A stretch of 64,000 bases of DNA from Candidatus Binatia bacterium (GTDB taxonomy: Bacteria; Desulfobacterota; Binatia; UBA9968; CAXXLF01): NCBI GenBank assembly GCA_963664015.2, contig CAXXLF010000001.1:96001-160000 (forward strand). Reading direction: 5' to 3'. Under the pieces are notes generated by a model. The model was not told the DNA's origin, did not search any database, and saw only the letters and a list, made by a program, of their open reading frames with translations. Numbering within the stretch: the stretch's first letter is position 1; each line of letters opens with the position of its first letter. The translations under genes were made by a program, and so were the position numbers. Shown in pieces: positions 18,603 through 29,000 of this stretch.

Positions 18603-19924
18603 GTGAACATTCCCATAGACCCCCTGGTCATCGGCATCCTCGGATTGGCCTGCATATTTGTTCTAATCACCCTTCATGTTCCCATCGGCGTTGCCATGGC
18701 CGTAGCCGGCCTGCTCAGCTTTACGGCCTTGCAGAACCTGGAAACCGGCGTCACCCTCTTTGGCAGCGAACCCGCCAGTGTTATCTCCAATCTCGACATC
18801 GGCGTTATCCCTCTGTTTCTGCTCATGGGCGGGTTTTCGTCTGCGGCCGGTCTATCGGCAGACATCTAGCGCCTGGGCTATGCCCTGGTTGGACACTATC
18901 GAGGCGGCTTGGCCATGGCCACCATTGGCGGGTGTACTGGATTCGGCGCAGTGTATGGCTCATCCGTCGCCACTGTGGCCACCATGACCCGCGTGGCGCT
19001 CCCCGAAATGCTCGAGCGTCGGTACTCGTCCAAGCTTGCCACCGGCTGTATCGCCGCCGGCGGGACCCTGGGGATGCTGATTCCGCCGTCCATCATTATG
19101 GTCCTATACGGATTTCTGACCGAGCAGTTTGTCATTGCCTTGTTTATCGCAGCCATTGTACCCGGGATCATTACCGTGCTGTTTTACGCTGTAGCCATTG
19201 CCCTTTACGTCCGTGTTCATCCGGAAGCCGGGCCCCCCCGGCACCCGGCAATCATGGAACGAAGTATTGGCCGTCACGGGTCAGGCGTGACGAGTTTTCC
19301 TGCTCGCCGTTGTGGTACTGGAAGGACTTTATGGAAGGTTCTTCACGGTCTCCGAGGCCGCCGCTGTGGGTGCAGTAACCGCATTTTTATTCACCGTCTT
19401 CCGGGGCAAATTGACCTGGCCAACGCTTTGGAACGTCCTTTTGGATACGGCTGCAAACACGGGGATGATATATCTGTTTTTGATCGGTGCCTCGATATTC
19501 ACTTTTTCCATATCCCTCTCGTGACTACCAGAGGCCATGATCCAATGGATTGTAGCGATTGATCTACCGCCTCTACTCGTCATCTTTGCTCTACTGGTCG
19601 TGTACCTGGTTCTCGGCAGCGTCTTTGAAACCATTTCCGCTATGATCATTACACTCCCATTCGTATTCCCATTGATCCTGGAGCTTGGATACTATCCTAA
19701 TCTGGTGGGGCATTATCAACGTGATCGTCATCGAAGTGGGGCTCATCACACCTCCTATCGGGCTCAATGCCTTCGTCATTCACGGGATGGCTAAGGACAT
19801 TTCTCTGACATCGATTTTTTCAGGGATCTTACCCTTCTTCTTGGCCGACATCGCCAGGCTGGTCATCCTGGTAGTCTTTCCGACCTTGGTCTAATGGCTG
19901 CCCAAGGCCCTGGGGGTGATTTAA
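18603..19924 (+). pseudogene. dctM: TRAP large permease, multiple stops and frameshifts
   Basis: IPLFLLMG, GSSVAT, AAGGTLGMLIPPS and GLITPPIG motifs split across frames; TAG 18867, TGA 19522, TAA 19892. Confidence 0.88.
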
Positions 19925-20104
19925 CCCGGCTTGAACCCAATAGCGGGTCGGGATCTTGCCCTTCGGGAAGCGGGCAGAGCGTCCCGATTTGCATGTTCCG
20001 CGGAGCCAGTCTATTATTTCTTGGCGGGGGAGAAAACAAACCGCCTACGCTCAACTCCTGTTCGCACCCACCCTGGTGGACAGGAACCCATAGTTTGGAA
20101 AAGT

Positions 20105-20181
20105 GGCGGTGTAGCTCAGATGGTTAGAGCACGCGGCTCATATCCGCGGCGTCGCAGGTTCGATTCCTGCCACCGCCACCA
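20105..20181 (+). tRNA. tRNA-Met (CAT), probably elongator
   Basis: GGCGGTG/CACCGCC acceptor stem, anticodon arm CGCGG-CTCATAT-CCGCG, GGTTCGATTCC T-arm, CCA end. Confidence 0.93.
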
Positions 20182-20413
20182 AAATTTTATTGGCCCATCC
20201 TATTTCAGGAAATCCCCTTTTGTCCCTCAAAAACCACACTTTTCACCATTGCTAACCAAAACTATTCTCGGACAGGATGCCTGCAGAGCGCTCCTACTTA
20301 GCGTGACGGCACGCGTCAATAGAGTTGCCATATCCTAGTGGATAACCTATAAAATATTCTTGTTCGCAAAGCAGTAGAGATGGGCTTCCGATTGCCGCAG
20401 GAGATCGAAAAGC

Positions 20414-21388
20414 ATGTCATTAAAGGGAAAAGTTATTTTGGTCACCGGAGGAACGGGGTCCTTCGGAAACAAATTCACCGAGCTCGTACTGAAGGAACAT
20501 CAACCCAAGGCTATTCGTATCTTCTCACGCGGTGAGCTGCTCCAGTTGCAGATGGCTCAGCGCTTCAAACAGGATCCCAGGCTACGATTTTTCATTGGCG
20601 ACGTGCGCGATCGCGACCGACTGCACCTGGCGATGAATGGGGCTGATATTGTCGTCCATGCGGCCGCACTGAAACAGGTCCCAGCCTGCGAGTACAACCC
20701 ATTCGAAGCCGTTCAGACTAATATCGTGGGCGCCAAGAACGTGATCGATGCAGCCATGGTCCAGGGGGTCAAGAAAGTGATGGCCATCAGTACCGACAAA
20801 GCGGTCAACCCTGTCAACCTCTACGGAGCCACCAAGCTCTGTGCGGAGAAGCTGTTCGTTCAAGGCAACTCTTATACGGGAGACGGCGGGCTACGCTTTA
20901 GCTGTACCCGATACGGAAACGTCATCGAGAGCAGGGGGAGCGTGTTCGACGTCTTCAAGCAACAACGAGATAGCGGAAAGATCACGGTTACTGATAAACG
21001 AATGACCCGCTTTTGGCTCACCCTGGAGCAGGGGGTCCGCTTTGTCCTGCGTTGCATCGATGGGATGAAAGGCGGGGAGGTCTTTGTCCCCAAGATCCCC
21101 AGTATGCGCATCATGGACCTCGTGAAGGGCATCGCCCCAGGGTGTAAGATTGACTTCATTGGCATCCGGCCGGGAGAAAAACTCCATGAAGTTCTTATCT
21201 CCCGGGACGAATCCCGTCACACCTGTGAACTCGCCTACGCCTACATTGTCCAGCCGGAGCACGTCTGGTGGAAGTCAACCTTTTGGAGCAAGGGGAAGGT
21301 CCTCCCCGACGGCTTCCAGTATACCAGCGACGAGAACGATCGCTGGCTCACTATCGAAGACATGAGAAAAAGCGTCCAGAGCCTCTAG
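20414..21388 (+). CDS. pseB: UDP-N-acetylglucosamine 4,6-dehydratase (inverting)
   Basis: TGGTGSFG, HAAALKQVP..EYNP, STDKA, YGATK, RYGNV and GIRPGEKLHE motifs. Confidence 0.93.
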   Translation: MSLKGKVILVTGGTGSFGNKFTELVLKEHQPKAIRIFSRGELLQLQMAQRFKQDPRLRFFIGDVRDRDRLHLAMNGADIVVHAAALKQVPACEYNPFEAVQTNIVGAKNVIDAAMVQGVKKVMAISTDKAVNPVNLYGATKLCAEKLFVQGNSYTGDGGLRFSCTRYGNVIESRGSVFDVFKQQRDSGKITVTDKRMTRFWLTLEQGVRFVLRCIDGMKGGEVFVPKIPSMRIMDLVKGIAPGCKIDFIGIRPGEKLHEVLISRDESRHTCELAYAYIVQPEHVWWKSTFWSKGKVLPDGFQYTSDENDRWLTIEDMRKSVQSL

Positions 21389-21409
21389 CCTCGGCTATTG
21401 AAAGAAACG

Positions 21410-22567
21410 ATGGCAGAGCGGATGATACCCTACGGACGGCAGTGGATAGACAACGATGATACCGAGGCTGTCCTTGAGGTACTTCGTTCCGACTGGCTGA
21501 CCACGGGACCGAAAGTGGAGGGGTTCGAAACGGATTTTGCCCGGTTCGTGGGAGCCCGCGCGGCGGTAGCCGTGAGCAGTGGCACCGCCGCCCTGCACGC
21601 AGCCATGTACGCCATCGGCATCGCACCTGGCGATGAGGTCATCGTGCCTGCGATGACCTTCGTTGCCAGCGCCAACTGCGTGGTCTTCCAGGGTGGCACA
21701 CCGGTCTTCGCCGACGTCAGCCCCCATACTCTTCTCATCGATTCGGCCCGGGTCGAAGCCAGGATCACGGAGCGAACCAAGGCCATTATTGCCGTGGACT
21801 ATGCAGGGCAACCCTGTTCCTATGATGCCTTACGGACCCTCGCAAAGAGTCACAAATTGTCCCTGGTATCGGATGCCTCTCATTCCACGGGTGCTGTGTA
21901 TAAGGGGCGCCCTGTGGGCTCCCTGGCCGATTTGACCACGTTTAGCTTTCATCCCGTCAAGAATATGACCACCGGCGAAGGGGGAATGGTTACAACAGAC
22001 GATCCGGCATTGGAACGACGTTTAAGGAGTTTTCGCAACCACGGCCTCACCAAGGACAGTCATGAAAGGGAGCGGGCAGGTTCCTGGCACTATGAAATGG
22101 ACGATCTCGGGTACAATTACCGGCTTACTGATTTTCAGTGTGCCCTTGGGCAGACCCAACTCGGCAAGCTACCCGGTTGGATCCAACGGCGACGGGAGAT
22201 TGCCGGCCGATACGATACAGCCTTCGGAGCCATGAATGCCCTAACCCCCCTGGCTTTAGAACCTGATGTCCAGCACGCTTATCATCTTTACGTGGTCCAA
22301 CTGGATCTGAAACGGTTAAAGAAAACGCGGGATGAGATGTATTCAGCTCTGCGTTCCCAGGGAATAGGAGTTAACGTCCATTACATGCCCGTGCACCTGC
22401 ACCCCTTCTATGGCCGGCGCTTCGGCACCCACAAAGGGATGTGTCCCGTGGCCGAACGCGCCTATGAACGTATCATTTCCCTTCCCATGTTTCCGAGGAT
22501 GACCGATAATGATGTGAACATTGTGATAGCGACTGTACAGAAGGTGGTCAAACCTCATGACCTCTAG
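21410..22567 (+). CDS. pseC: UDP-4-amino-4,6-dideoxy-N-acetyl-beta-L-altrosamine transaminase
   Basis: IPYGRQ, SSGTAALH and FSFHPVKNMTTGEGG motifs; follows pseB. Confidence 0.9.
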   Translation: MAERMIPYGRQWIDNDDTEAVLEVLRSDWLTTGPKVEGFETDFARFVGARAAVAVSSGTAALHAAMYAIGIAPGDEVIVPAMTFVASANCVVFQGGTPVFADVSPHTLLIDSARVEARITERTKAIIAVDYAGQPCSYDALRTLAKSHKLSLVSDASHSTGAVYKGRPVGSLADLTTFSFHPVKNMTTGEGGMVTTDDPALERRLRSFRNHGLTKDSHERERAGSWHYEMDDLGYNYRLTDFQCALGQTQLGKLPGWIQRRREIAGRYDTAFGAMNALTPLALEPDVQHAYHLYVVQLDLKRLKKTRDEMYSALRSQGIGVNVHYMPVHLHPFYGRRFGTHKGMCPVAERAYERIISLPMFPRMTDNDVNIVIATVQKVVKPHDL

Positions 22568-23237
22568 CCAACACAATACCTTCGCTGACACCGAAGGAGA
22601 TCGTTGGTTTGCTCCTAATAACTCTCAATTAGAAGAGTTTGATCCTCGAGTCGATCCGGTCTGTAAATTGTTCGAACTTTACAGCCTGAAACCGCAAAAA
22701 GCGATTGTGATAGGCGCCGCTAATCGTGGTAGGCTTGAGGCAATCCCTGAGCGATATCCGTCCAATGTGATTGCCGTTCATGTTTCCAATAAAGCCCTCG
22801 CCGACGGTAGAAGTAAGCTTGCCCACATCAGATTTATTCAAGGAGTAGCCCATGCCATTCCCACAAAGGTACTTTTCGATCTCGTTATTATCAACTTTGT
22901 TTTTAATTGGATAGAGCGAAGTAACCTTTTAAGATCCGAAGGGGAGATCGATCGGGTGGTGATGGATGGGGGATCCCTCGTTATTGGAGATTTTTATCCG
23001 TCGAACCTTTCCAAGGTGCGATACAATCATACGCCCGACGACGAACTATATACTTACAAGCAGGATTACGCTGGAATTTCCACGGCCTCTGGCCTCTATC
23101 CTCAGGTCTGCGTGCTAACCGGGGATCACTCTTCAGCAGGTTTTGAGGGCGAGGTCTCTGGGGATAGGCGCACGGGAGCCTGGCTTTTACACAAGACGCT
23201 CGGGGAGCAATATATAGAACGGACATTAAGGCGCTAA
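22557..23237 (+). CDS. Class I SAM-dependent methyltransferase (nonulosonate-cluster associated), possibly degenerate
   Basis: EGDRWF..N, FDLVIINFVFNW and YTYKQDY; SAM motif I eroded (IVIGAAN). Confidence 0.6.
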   Translation: MTSSQHNTFADTEGDRWFAPNNSQLEEFDPRVDPVCKLFELYSLKPQKAIVIGAANRGRLEAIPERYPSNVIAVHVSNKALADGRSKLAHIRFIQGVAHAIPTKVLFDLVIINFVFNWIERSNLLRSEGEIDRVVMDGGSLVIGDFYPSNLSKVRYNHTPDDELYTYKQDYAGISTASGLYPQVCVLTGDHSSAGFEGEVSGDRRTGAWLLHKTLGEQYIERTLRR

Positions 23238-23313
23238 CTTCGCAGCCCGAGGGACATTGTTTGCGGGGTATCAAATGGAAACCTGCATGAGCGCCTAGGA
23301 TTCGAATTTGACA

Positions 23314-24309
23314 ATGCGTTTTCTTGTGATTGGCTGTGGCTCCATTGGGAAACGCCACATCGACAACTTACTCGCCCTCCACGCTGGTGAGATTCTAGCA
23401 TTTGATCTTCGGGACGACCGCCGAAGAGAAGTCGCGTCACAATTCGGCGTTCGCGTAGTGGATCATCTGGACGACGCGTGGGACGCTCATCCGGAGGTAG
23501 CCCTGGTGACAGCGCCCACAAGGCAGCATGTTCCGTTGGGATTACAAGCCGCCGAGCACGGATGCCATCTGTTCATTGAGAAGCCCTTATCGGACCAGCG
23601 AGATCGTGTCCATCAACTGCTCAATACTGTGCAAAAGGGGAACCTCATTACACTGGTGGGCTGCAATATGCGCTTCCATCCAGGTCTCATGAAAGTCAAA
23701 AAGCTGGTAGAGGACAATGCAATTGGACGTGTGGTTGCGGCGCGGGTGGAGACAGGACAGTATTTACCCGATTGGCATCCGGGGGAGGATTACCGCCAGA
23801 GTTATAGCGCCGGAACTGAGCTTGGGGGCGGAGTGATTCTCGATGGGATCCATGAGATTGACTATCTTCGTTGGTTACTTGGCGAGGTAACAACGGTTGC
23901 CTGTTTCGCGGGTAAACTTAGTCACCTGGAAATCGATACGGAAGATACAGCGGCCATTCTTCTGCGCTTTGATAATCAGGCGATCGGTGAGGTTCACTTG
24001 GATTATGTCCAGCGAACCTATAGCCGGTCCTGTCATTTAATTGGGGAGGAAGGCACGATCCGCTGGGATTACAATGAAGGGAGTGTAAAGTGGTATTCCG
24101 CCAAGTCAGGCCAATGGAAGTTTTTCTCGAATCCCAAAGGTTGGGAATCTAATCAGATGTACGTCGATGAGTTGAAACATTTTCTTAGATGTCTGGCTCA
24201 GAAAGAACAATCGATTTTGGATGTTTTTGAGGGTGCGCGGGTGCTGGAAGTGACACTTGCTGCCAAAGCTTCGGCAGAGACAGGTCAGGTTGTAGGGCTT
24301 CAAGCGTAA
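23314..24309 (+). CDS. Gfo/Idh/MocA family oxidoreductase
   Basis: GCGSIGKRH, EKPL, GQYLPDWHP and GGGVILD..HEIDY motifs. Confidence 0.9.
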   Translation: MRFLVIGCGSIGKRHIDNLLALHAGEILAFDLRDDRRREVASQFGVRVVDHLDDAWDAHPEVALVTAPTRQHVPLGLQAAEHGCHLFIEKPLSDQRDRVHQLLNTVQKGNLITLVGCNMRFHPGLMKVKKLVEDNAIGRVVAARVETGQYLPDWHPGEDYRQSYSAGTELGGGVILDGIHEIDYLRWLLGEVTTVACFAGKLSHLEIDTEDTAAILLRFDNQAIGEVHLDYVQRTYSRSCHLIGEEGTIRWDYNEGSVKWYSAKSGQWKFFSNPKGWESNQMYVDELKHFLRCLAQKEQSILDVFEGARVLEVTLAAKASAETGQVVGLQA

Positions 24310-24312
24310 AGC

Positions 24313-25050
24313 ATGGCGCAGGTATCAAAGGTTATAGCTATCATCCAGGCCCGGATGGGTTCCACCCGACTTCCGGGCAAAGTGCTGGCGCAAATTGCAG
24401 GGCATCCGATGCTCCGGCAAGTGGTGAACCGGGTTCGTATGGCGCGCTCTGTGGAGCACGTCGTAGTGGCTACATCTAACCAGTTGTCCGACCGTCCCAT
24501 CGCTGATTATTGCGCAGACAATCACATCGACTTCTATCGTGGTAGCGAAAAAGATGTCCTTGACCGTTATTATCAGTGCGCTAGCCAGTTTACCGGTTCA
24601 ACCATTATTCGGATCACCGCCGACTGCCCACTTGTGGATTCAGACACGATTGACAAGGTGGTGGGGACATTCAGGGAAGGAAGCTATGATTACGTTTCCA
24701 ACATTTTCCCCCGTACCTACCCAGATGGATTGGACGTGGAATCCTTCTCTTTAAGAGCCTTGGAACGTGGATGGCTTGAAGCTGTTTTGCCCTATGATCG
24801 CGAGCATGTGACACCGTTCTTGCTCAAGCAACCGCAACTCTTTCGAATCGGGAACATCCAGCATCGGGAGAATCTCTCTGACATGCGTTGGACCGTAGAT
24901 CATCCGCAGGATATAGAATTTGTCCGGGCGGTGTATGACCATATGAAGGTTACAGATTTTGGTTTAGCGGAGGTACTAGATCTCCTGAAGAAACACCCAG
25001 AGTTTACACAAATCAACTCGGGGATTGAAGAGACACAGTCCATTGGATAA
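24313..25050 (+). CDS. spsF: SpsF-like cytidylyltransferase (putative CMP-nonulosonate synthetase)
   Basis: IIQARMGSTRLPGKVL, GSEKDVLDRY, RITADCP and REHVT motifs. Confidence 0.85.
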   Translation: MAQVSKVIAIIQARMGSTRLPGKVLAQIAGHPMLRQVVNRVRMARSVEHVVVATSNQLSDRPIADYCADNHIDFYRGSEKDVLDRYYQCASQFTGSTIIRITADCPLVDSDTIDKVVGTFREGSYDYVSNIFPRTYPDGLDVESFSLRALERGWLEAVLPYDREHVTPFLLKQPQLFRIGNIQHRENLSDMRWTVDHPQDIEFVRAVYDHMKVTDFGLAEVLDLLKKHPEFTQINSGIEETQSIG

Positions 25051-25084
25051 TACACCCAATTCCATCAACGGGAGAGGAGGCGCG

Positions 25085-26398
25085 ATGGGTCAGACGGGGC
25101 AAGAGCTATATAAAAAAGCACGCAAAATTATTCCGGGCGGCACACAACTCCTATCCAAGCGTCCAGAGATGATCCTCCCAGACCAATGGCCCGCCTACTA
25201 TGCCAAGGCTTGTGGCGTGGAAACCTGGGGGCTGGATGGCACGAAATATATTGATATGAGCACCTGTGGTATTGGTACCTGTGTATTGGGATTTGCAGAC
25301 CCTGATGTGAACGATGCCGTACGGGCAGTCATCGATTCAGGTTCCATGTCCACCTTGAATTGCCCTGAGGAGGTGGAGCTCGCCGAGCTTCTCTGCGAAC
25401 TGCACCCCTGGGCGGATAGGGTCCGGTATGCACGGGGCGGTGGGGAGGCTATGACCGTCGGCGTACGGATCGCCCGTGCTCAGACCGGCCGTGAGAAAAT
25501 TGCGTTCTGTGGGTACCATGGTTGGTTTGACTGGTACCTCTCGGCTAACTTAGCCGAGACAGATGCCCTGGACGGGCATCTGCTGCCGGGCCTAGAGCCA
25601 TCCGGTGTTCCTCGCGGGTTAGCCGGTACGGCACTGCCGTTTCACTATAACAACCTTCATGAACTCGAGAGCTTGGCCCAAGCCCACGGGAGCGAGCTAG
25701 CAGCGATCGTGATGGAACCCGTAAGTAACCAACAGCCCCAACCCGGGTTCCTGCAGGGAGCCAGAGACATTGCTACAAGAATTGGCGCTGTCTTGATCTT
25801 CGATGAGGTTACATCGGGCTGGCGTCTGAACACAGGTGGAGCTCACCTGTTGTACCATGTAAACCCGGACATAGCAGTCTTTGCCAAGGCTATTAGCAAT
25901 GGCTATCCCATGGCCGCCATTATTGGGATCAAGCAGGTGATGGAGGCGGCTCAATCCAGCTTTATTAGCAGCACCTACTGGACTGAAAGAATAGGGCCCG
26001 CAGCCGCGCTAGCCACCATTCGTAAACATCAACGCTGCGCCGTAGCGGAACGGCTAATCAAGGTGGGAGAACGCATTCAATCGGGGTGGAGTGGAGCTGC
26101 CCGTAGCAATGGGTTGTCCATGAAGATCACGGGCATCCCACCCTTAAGTCATTTTTCGTTTGATTATGAGAATGGGCAGGCGATTCGAAGCCTCTTTACT
26201 CAATGGATGCTCCACAAAGGATTTTTAGCCACCGATTCATTTTATGCCACTTACGCGCACCAGGAAGATCAAATCGACCGATACCTTACAGCGGTTGAGG
26301 AGACTTTTCGGAGTTTATCCGTGGCTATCAAAAATGGAGCCGTGGAAAGGGAACTCCGAGGTCCGGTTGCTCAAAGCAGTTTCCAGCGACTTACATGA
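25085..26398 (+). CDS. Class III PLP aminotransferase (GSA aminomutase-like, glycan-cluster type)
   Basis: IPGGTQLLSKRPE, GYHGW, FDEVTSGWR and FAKAISNG motifs. Confidence 0.88.
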   Translation: MGQTGQELYKKARKIIPGGTQLLSKRPEMILPDQWPAYYAKACGVETWGLDGTKYIDMSTCGIGTCVLGFADPDVNDAVRAVIDSGSMSTLNCPEEVELAELLCELHPWADRVRYARGGGEAMTVGVRIARAQTGREKIAFCGYHGWFDWYLSANLAETDALDGHLLPGLEPSGVPRGLAGTALPFHYNNLHELESLAQAHGSELAAIVMEPVSNQQPQPGFLQGARDIATRIGAVLIFDEVTSGWRLNTGGAHLLYHVNPDIAVFAKAISNGYPMAAIIGIKQVMEAAQSSFISSTYWTERIGPAAALATIRKHQRCAVAERLIKVGERIQSGWSGAARSNGLSMKITGIPPLSHFSFDYENGQAIRSLFTQWMLHKGFLATDSFYATYAHQEDQIDRYLTAVEETFRSLSVAIKNGAVERELRGPVAQSSFQRLT

Positions 26399-27942
26399 GA
26401 CCATCGCTTGTCATTCGTGCTGACGCGGGAACCCGACAGGGGACCGGTCACCTGATGCGGTGCCTGGCCTTGGCCGAGCAGTGGCAGTCAGCAGGCGGGA
26501 AGGTAGAGTTCATATCGGCCTGCGAGAGCAAAGTCCTCAGGGAAAAGGTCTTGGCGACGCTCCCTCGGTTCACCACCCTGAATCGGAGTCATCCCAGTCC
26601 AACGGATTGGAAGACGACATCGGCCATCCTGGCTCTTCACCCGAAAGCGTGGGTCCTTTTGGATGGCTACCACTTTGACCCTTCTTATCAATCCAGAATC
26701 AAAGAATCCGGCCACCGTCTCATGGTTGTCGACGATATCGCCCATTGGGACCGCTACTATGCGGATCTCATTGTTAATCCCAATATCAATGGTCCGAAAC
26801 TCAAGTATCGATGTGAACCCTCTGCCCGCATGATGCTCGGATTACCGTACGCCTTACTTCGTTCGGAGTTCCGCCGCTGGCGAAGGCGACGGAGAATAAA
26901 CCGAACCGTGGCCAACAGGATCTTGATAACCATGGGGGGCAGTGACCCGCACAATCAAAGCCTCAGGGTCTTGAGATCGTTGCCGCACCTAGGGATTAAA
27001 AATCTCGAGGTGACGGTAGTCCTTGGCCCCGGCAACCCCCATAAGCCGAGCTTGCAGTCCTTCATCGCCCGCAGCCGGATTTCCGTTCAACTGATTTCAA
27101 ATCCCAGCAACATGCCTGAATTGATGGCCGGAGCCGATCTTGGGATCGGCCCCGGGAGCAGCACGGCCCTAGAGTTCGCATTCATGGGCCTCCCTAGTGT
27201 AATCTTGGTGACGGCGGAAAACCAACGGGATGTTGCCAAAAGAATGGACAAAGCCGGCCTCGTGATAAACCTGGGATGGCATAAAATGATCCGTCAATCC
27301 GTGCTGTGCGAGGCATTGGGAGGCCTCATCGGCAACCCAAGAGCTCGAAGAAGCATGAGCGAACGGGGACAGCGCCTCGTTAATGGGACCGGAGTCCGGC
27401 GCATCGTATCCCATATGATGCAAACGACACGGAAGGGTAGGGACGCACTTTCCGTCCGACCGGCCCGCACCGCCGATGCCCGGCGCCTCTGGCAGTGGGC
27501 CAACGATCCAATCGTACGGGTCAATTCCTTTAACTCGAAGAAAATTCCGTGGGAGGAACATCGGAAGTGGTTCCGTTCCAAACTAGGATCGCCCGACTCC
27601 CGCTTCTGGATCCTGGAACACGACCAAGTCCCTGTAGCTCAGGTCCGTTACGACCGTACGAATACTCGTACGGCTGAGATCGCCCTGTCCGTGGCTCCCC
27701 AATTCCAGGGGCTGGGCATCGGCACCAAAGCCCTGACCCTAACGATCCGAACCGCTTGCAAAGAGCTCCGAGTCCAGCAAATCAAAGCATTTGTCTTGAG
27801 TTCCAACGAGGCTTCGATACGAGCCTTTGGCAAGGCCGGCTTCGAGCCCGCCGGTGAAACCCATATCCGCCGCAAGCGTAGTACAATCTTTCTGTGGCGG
27901 TGCACACAGAAGTCGGGAGGAAATCGTGGCAGCCTTCATTGA
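26395..27942 (+). CDS. pseG: PseG hydrolase fused to a C-terminal GNAT acetyltransferase (PseH-like)
   Basis: RADA...GTGHLMRCLALA, MGGSDP; C-terminal WANDP..R.NSF...FQGLGIG...NEASIRAFGKAGF. Confidence 0.88.
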   Translation: MRPSLVIRADAGTRQGTGHLMRCLALAEQWQSAGGKVEFISACESKVLREKVLATLPRFTTLNRSHPSPTDWKTTSAILALHPKAWVLLDGYHFDPSYQSRIKESGHRLMVVDDIAHWDRYYADLIVNPNINGPKLKYRCEPSARMMLGLPYALLRSEFRRWRRRRRINRTVANRILITMGGSDPHNQSLRVLRSLPHLGIKNLEVTVVLGPGNPHKPSLQSFIARSRISVQLISNPSNMPELMAGADLGIGPGSSTALEFAFMGLPSVILVTAENQRDVAKRMDKAGLVINLGWHKMIRQSVLCEALGGLIGNPRARRSMSERGQRLVNGTGVRRIVSHMMQTTRKGRDALSVRPARTADARRLWQWANDPIVRVNSFNSKKIPWEEHRKWFRSKLGSPDSRFWILEHDQVPVAQVRYDRTNTRTAEIALSVAPQFQGLGIGTKALTLTIRTACKELRVQQIKAFVLSSNEASIRAFGKAGFEPAGETHIRRKRSTIFLWRCTQKSGGNRGSLH

Positions 27943-28978
27943 GATCAACGGACGCCCAATCGGTCCCGGTTACAGTACCTACCTTGTTGCCGAGATGTCA
28001 GCCAATCACAACCATGACTTCGATCAGGCGCTGAAAATCATCGAGGCGGCTAAAGACGGGGGGGCCGACGCCGTCAAGATCCAGACCTATACGGCGGATA
28101 CCCTGACCCTCGATTGCGACAATGAGTACTTCCGTATTCAAGGGACCGCATGGGAGGGCCAAAAGCTCTACGACCTTTACAAGGAGGCTTTTACCCCGTG
28201 GGACTGGCAACCCAAATTGAAGGAACATGCCAACCGTATGGGACTGGATCTCTTTTCGTCTCCCTTCGACGAAACGGCCGTGGACTTCCTCGAACGGTTA
28301 CAGGTGCCAGCATATAAAATCGCCTCTTTCGAGATGGTCGACTTGCCCCTACTGCGCAAGGTTGCTCAGAAAGGGAAACCGCTTTTGATATCCACCGGGA
28401 TGGCTACCAAAAGCGAGATCAAAGAAGCCGTTACCGTACTGCGAAAAGCCAAGGCCCCGTTTGCCTTGTTGAAGTGCACCAGCGCCTATCCTGCGTCTCC
28501 CGACGAAATGAATCTCAGAACCATTCCCGACCTAGCAAAGACCTTCAAGGTCCCCGTTGGCCTTTCGGATCACACCTTGAACATTGCGGTCCCGACTGCG
28601 GCCGTGGCTCTGGGGACATGCATCATCGAGAAACACCTGACCCTTTCGCGTACGGCCGGTGGGCCGGACAGTTCGTTTTCACTGGAGCCCCATGAGTTCA
28701 AGCAAATGGTGGGTGCGGTGCGCACAGCAGAACGGGCACTGGGCACCGTTCACTACGGGGTGACCGAACACGAGCCGGAGAGCAAGGCTCTGCGCCGGTC
28801 CCTCTTCATCGTCCGGGACATGAAGAGGGGAGAACCGTTCACTGCAGAAACCGTGCGTTCCATCCGACCGGGACATGGGCTGAGCACCCGACACATGGAG
28901 GAGGTTCTCATTCGCCATGCAAGCCGGGACATTAAGCGCGGAACTCCTCTGACTTGGGAACTGGTATCCGACCAGTGA
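27926..28978 (+). CDS. pseI: Pseudaminic acid synthase (NeuB family with SAF domain)
   Basis: AEMSANHN, KIQTYT, KIASFE, KCTSAYP, GLSDHT and IEKH motifs; GTG start with GGAGG RBS. Confidence 0.92.
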   Translation: MAAFIEINGRPIGPGYSTYLVAEMSANHNHDFDQALKIIEAAKDGGADAVKIQTYTADTLTLDCDNEYFRIQGTAWEGQKLYDLYKEAFTPWDWQPKLKEHANRMGLDLFSSPFDETAVDFLERLQVPAYKIASFEMVDLPLLRKVAQKGKPLLISTGMATKSEIKEAVTVLRKAKAPFALLKCTSAYPASPDEMNLRTIPDLAKTFKVPVGLSDHTLNIAVPTAAVALGTCIIEKHLTLSRTAGGPDSSFSLEPHEFKQMVGAVRTAERALGTVHYGVTEHEPESKALRRSLFIVRDMKRGEPFTAETVRSIRPGHGLSTRHMEEVLIRHASRDIKRGTPLTWELVSDQ

Positions 28979-29000
28979 CAGAAGCGAAGGCAGGTACACT

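Noticed and set aside
19522-19524. TGA in dctM as selenocysteine
   Set aside because: The gene has multiple other lesions
23250-23310. Spacer translating to ...GNLHERLGFE, like a GNAT/PseH C-terminal motif
   Set aside because: Too short to distinguish from chance
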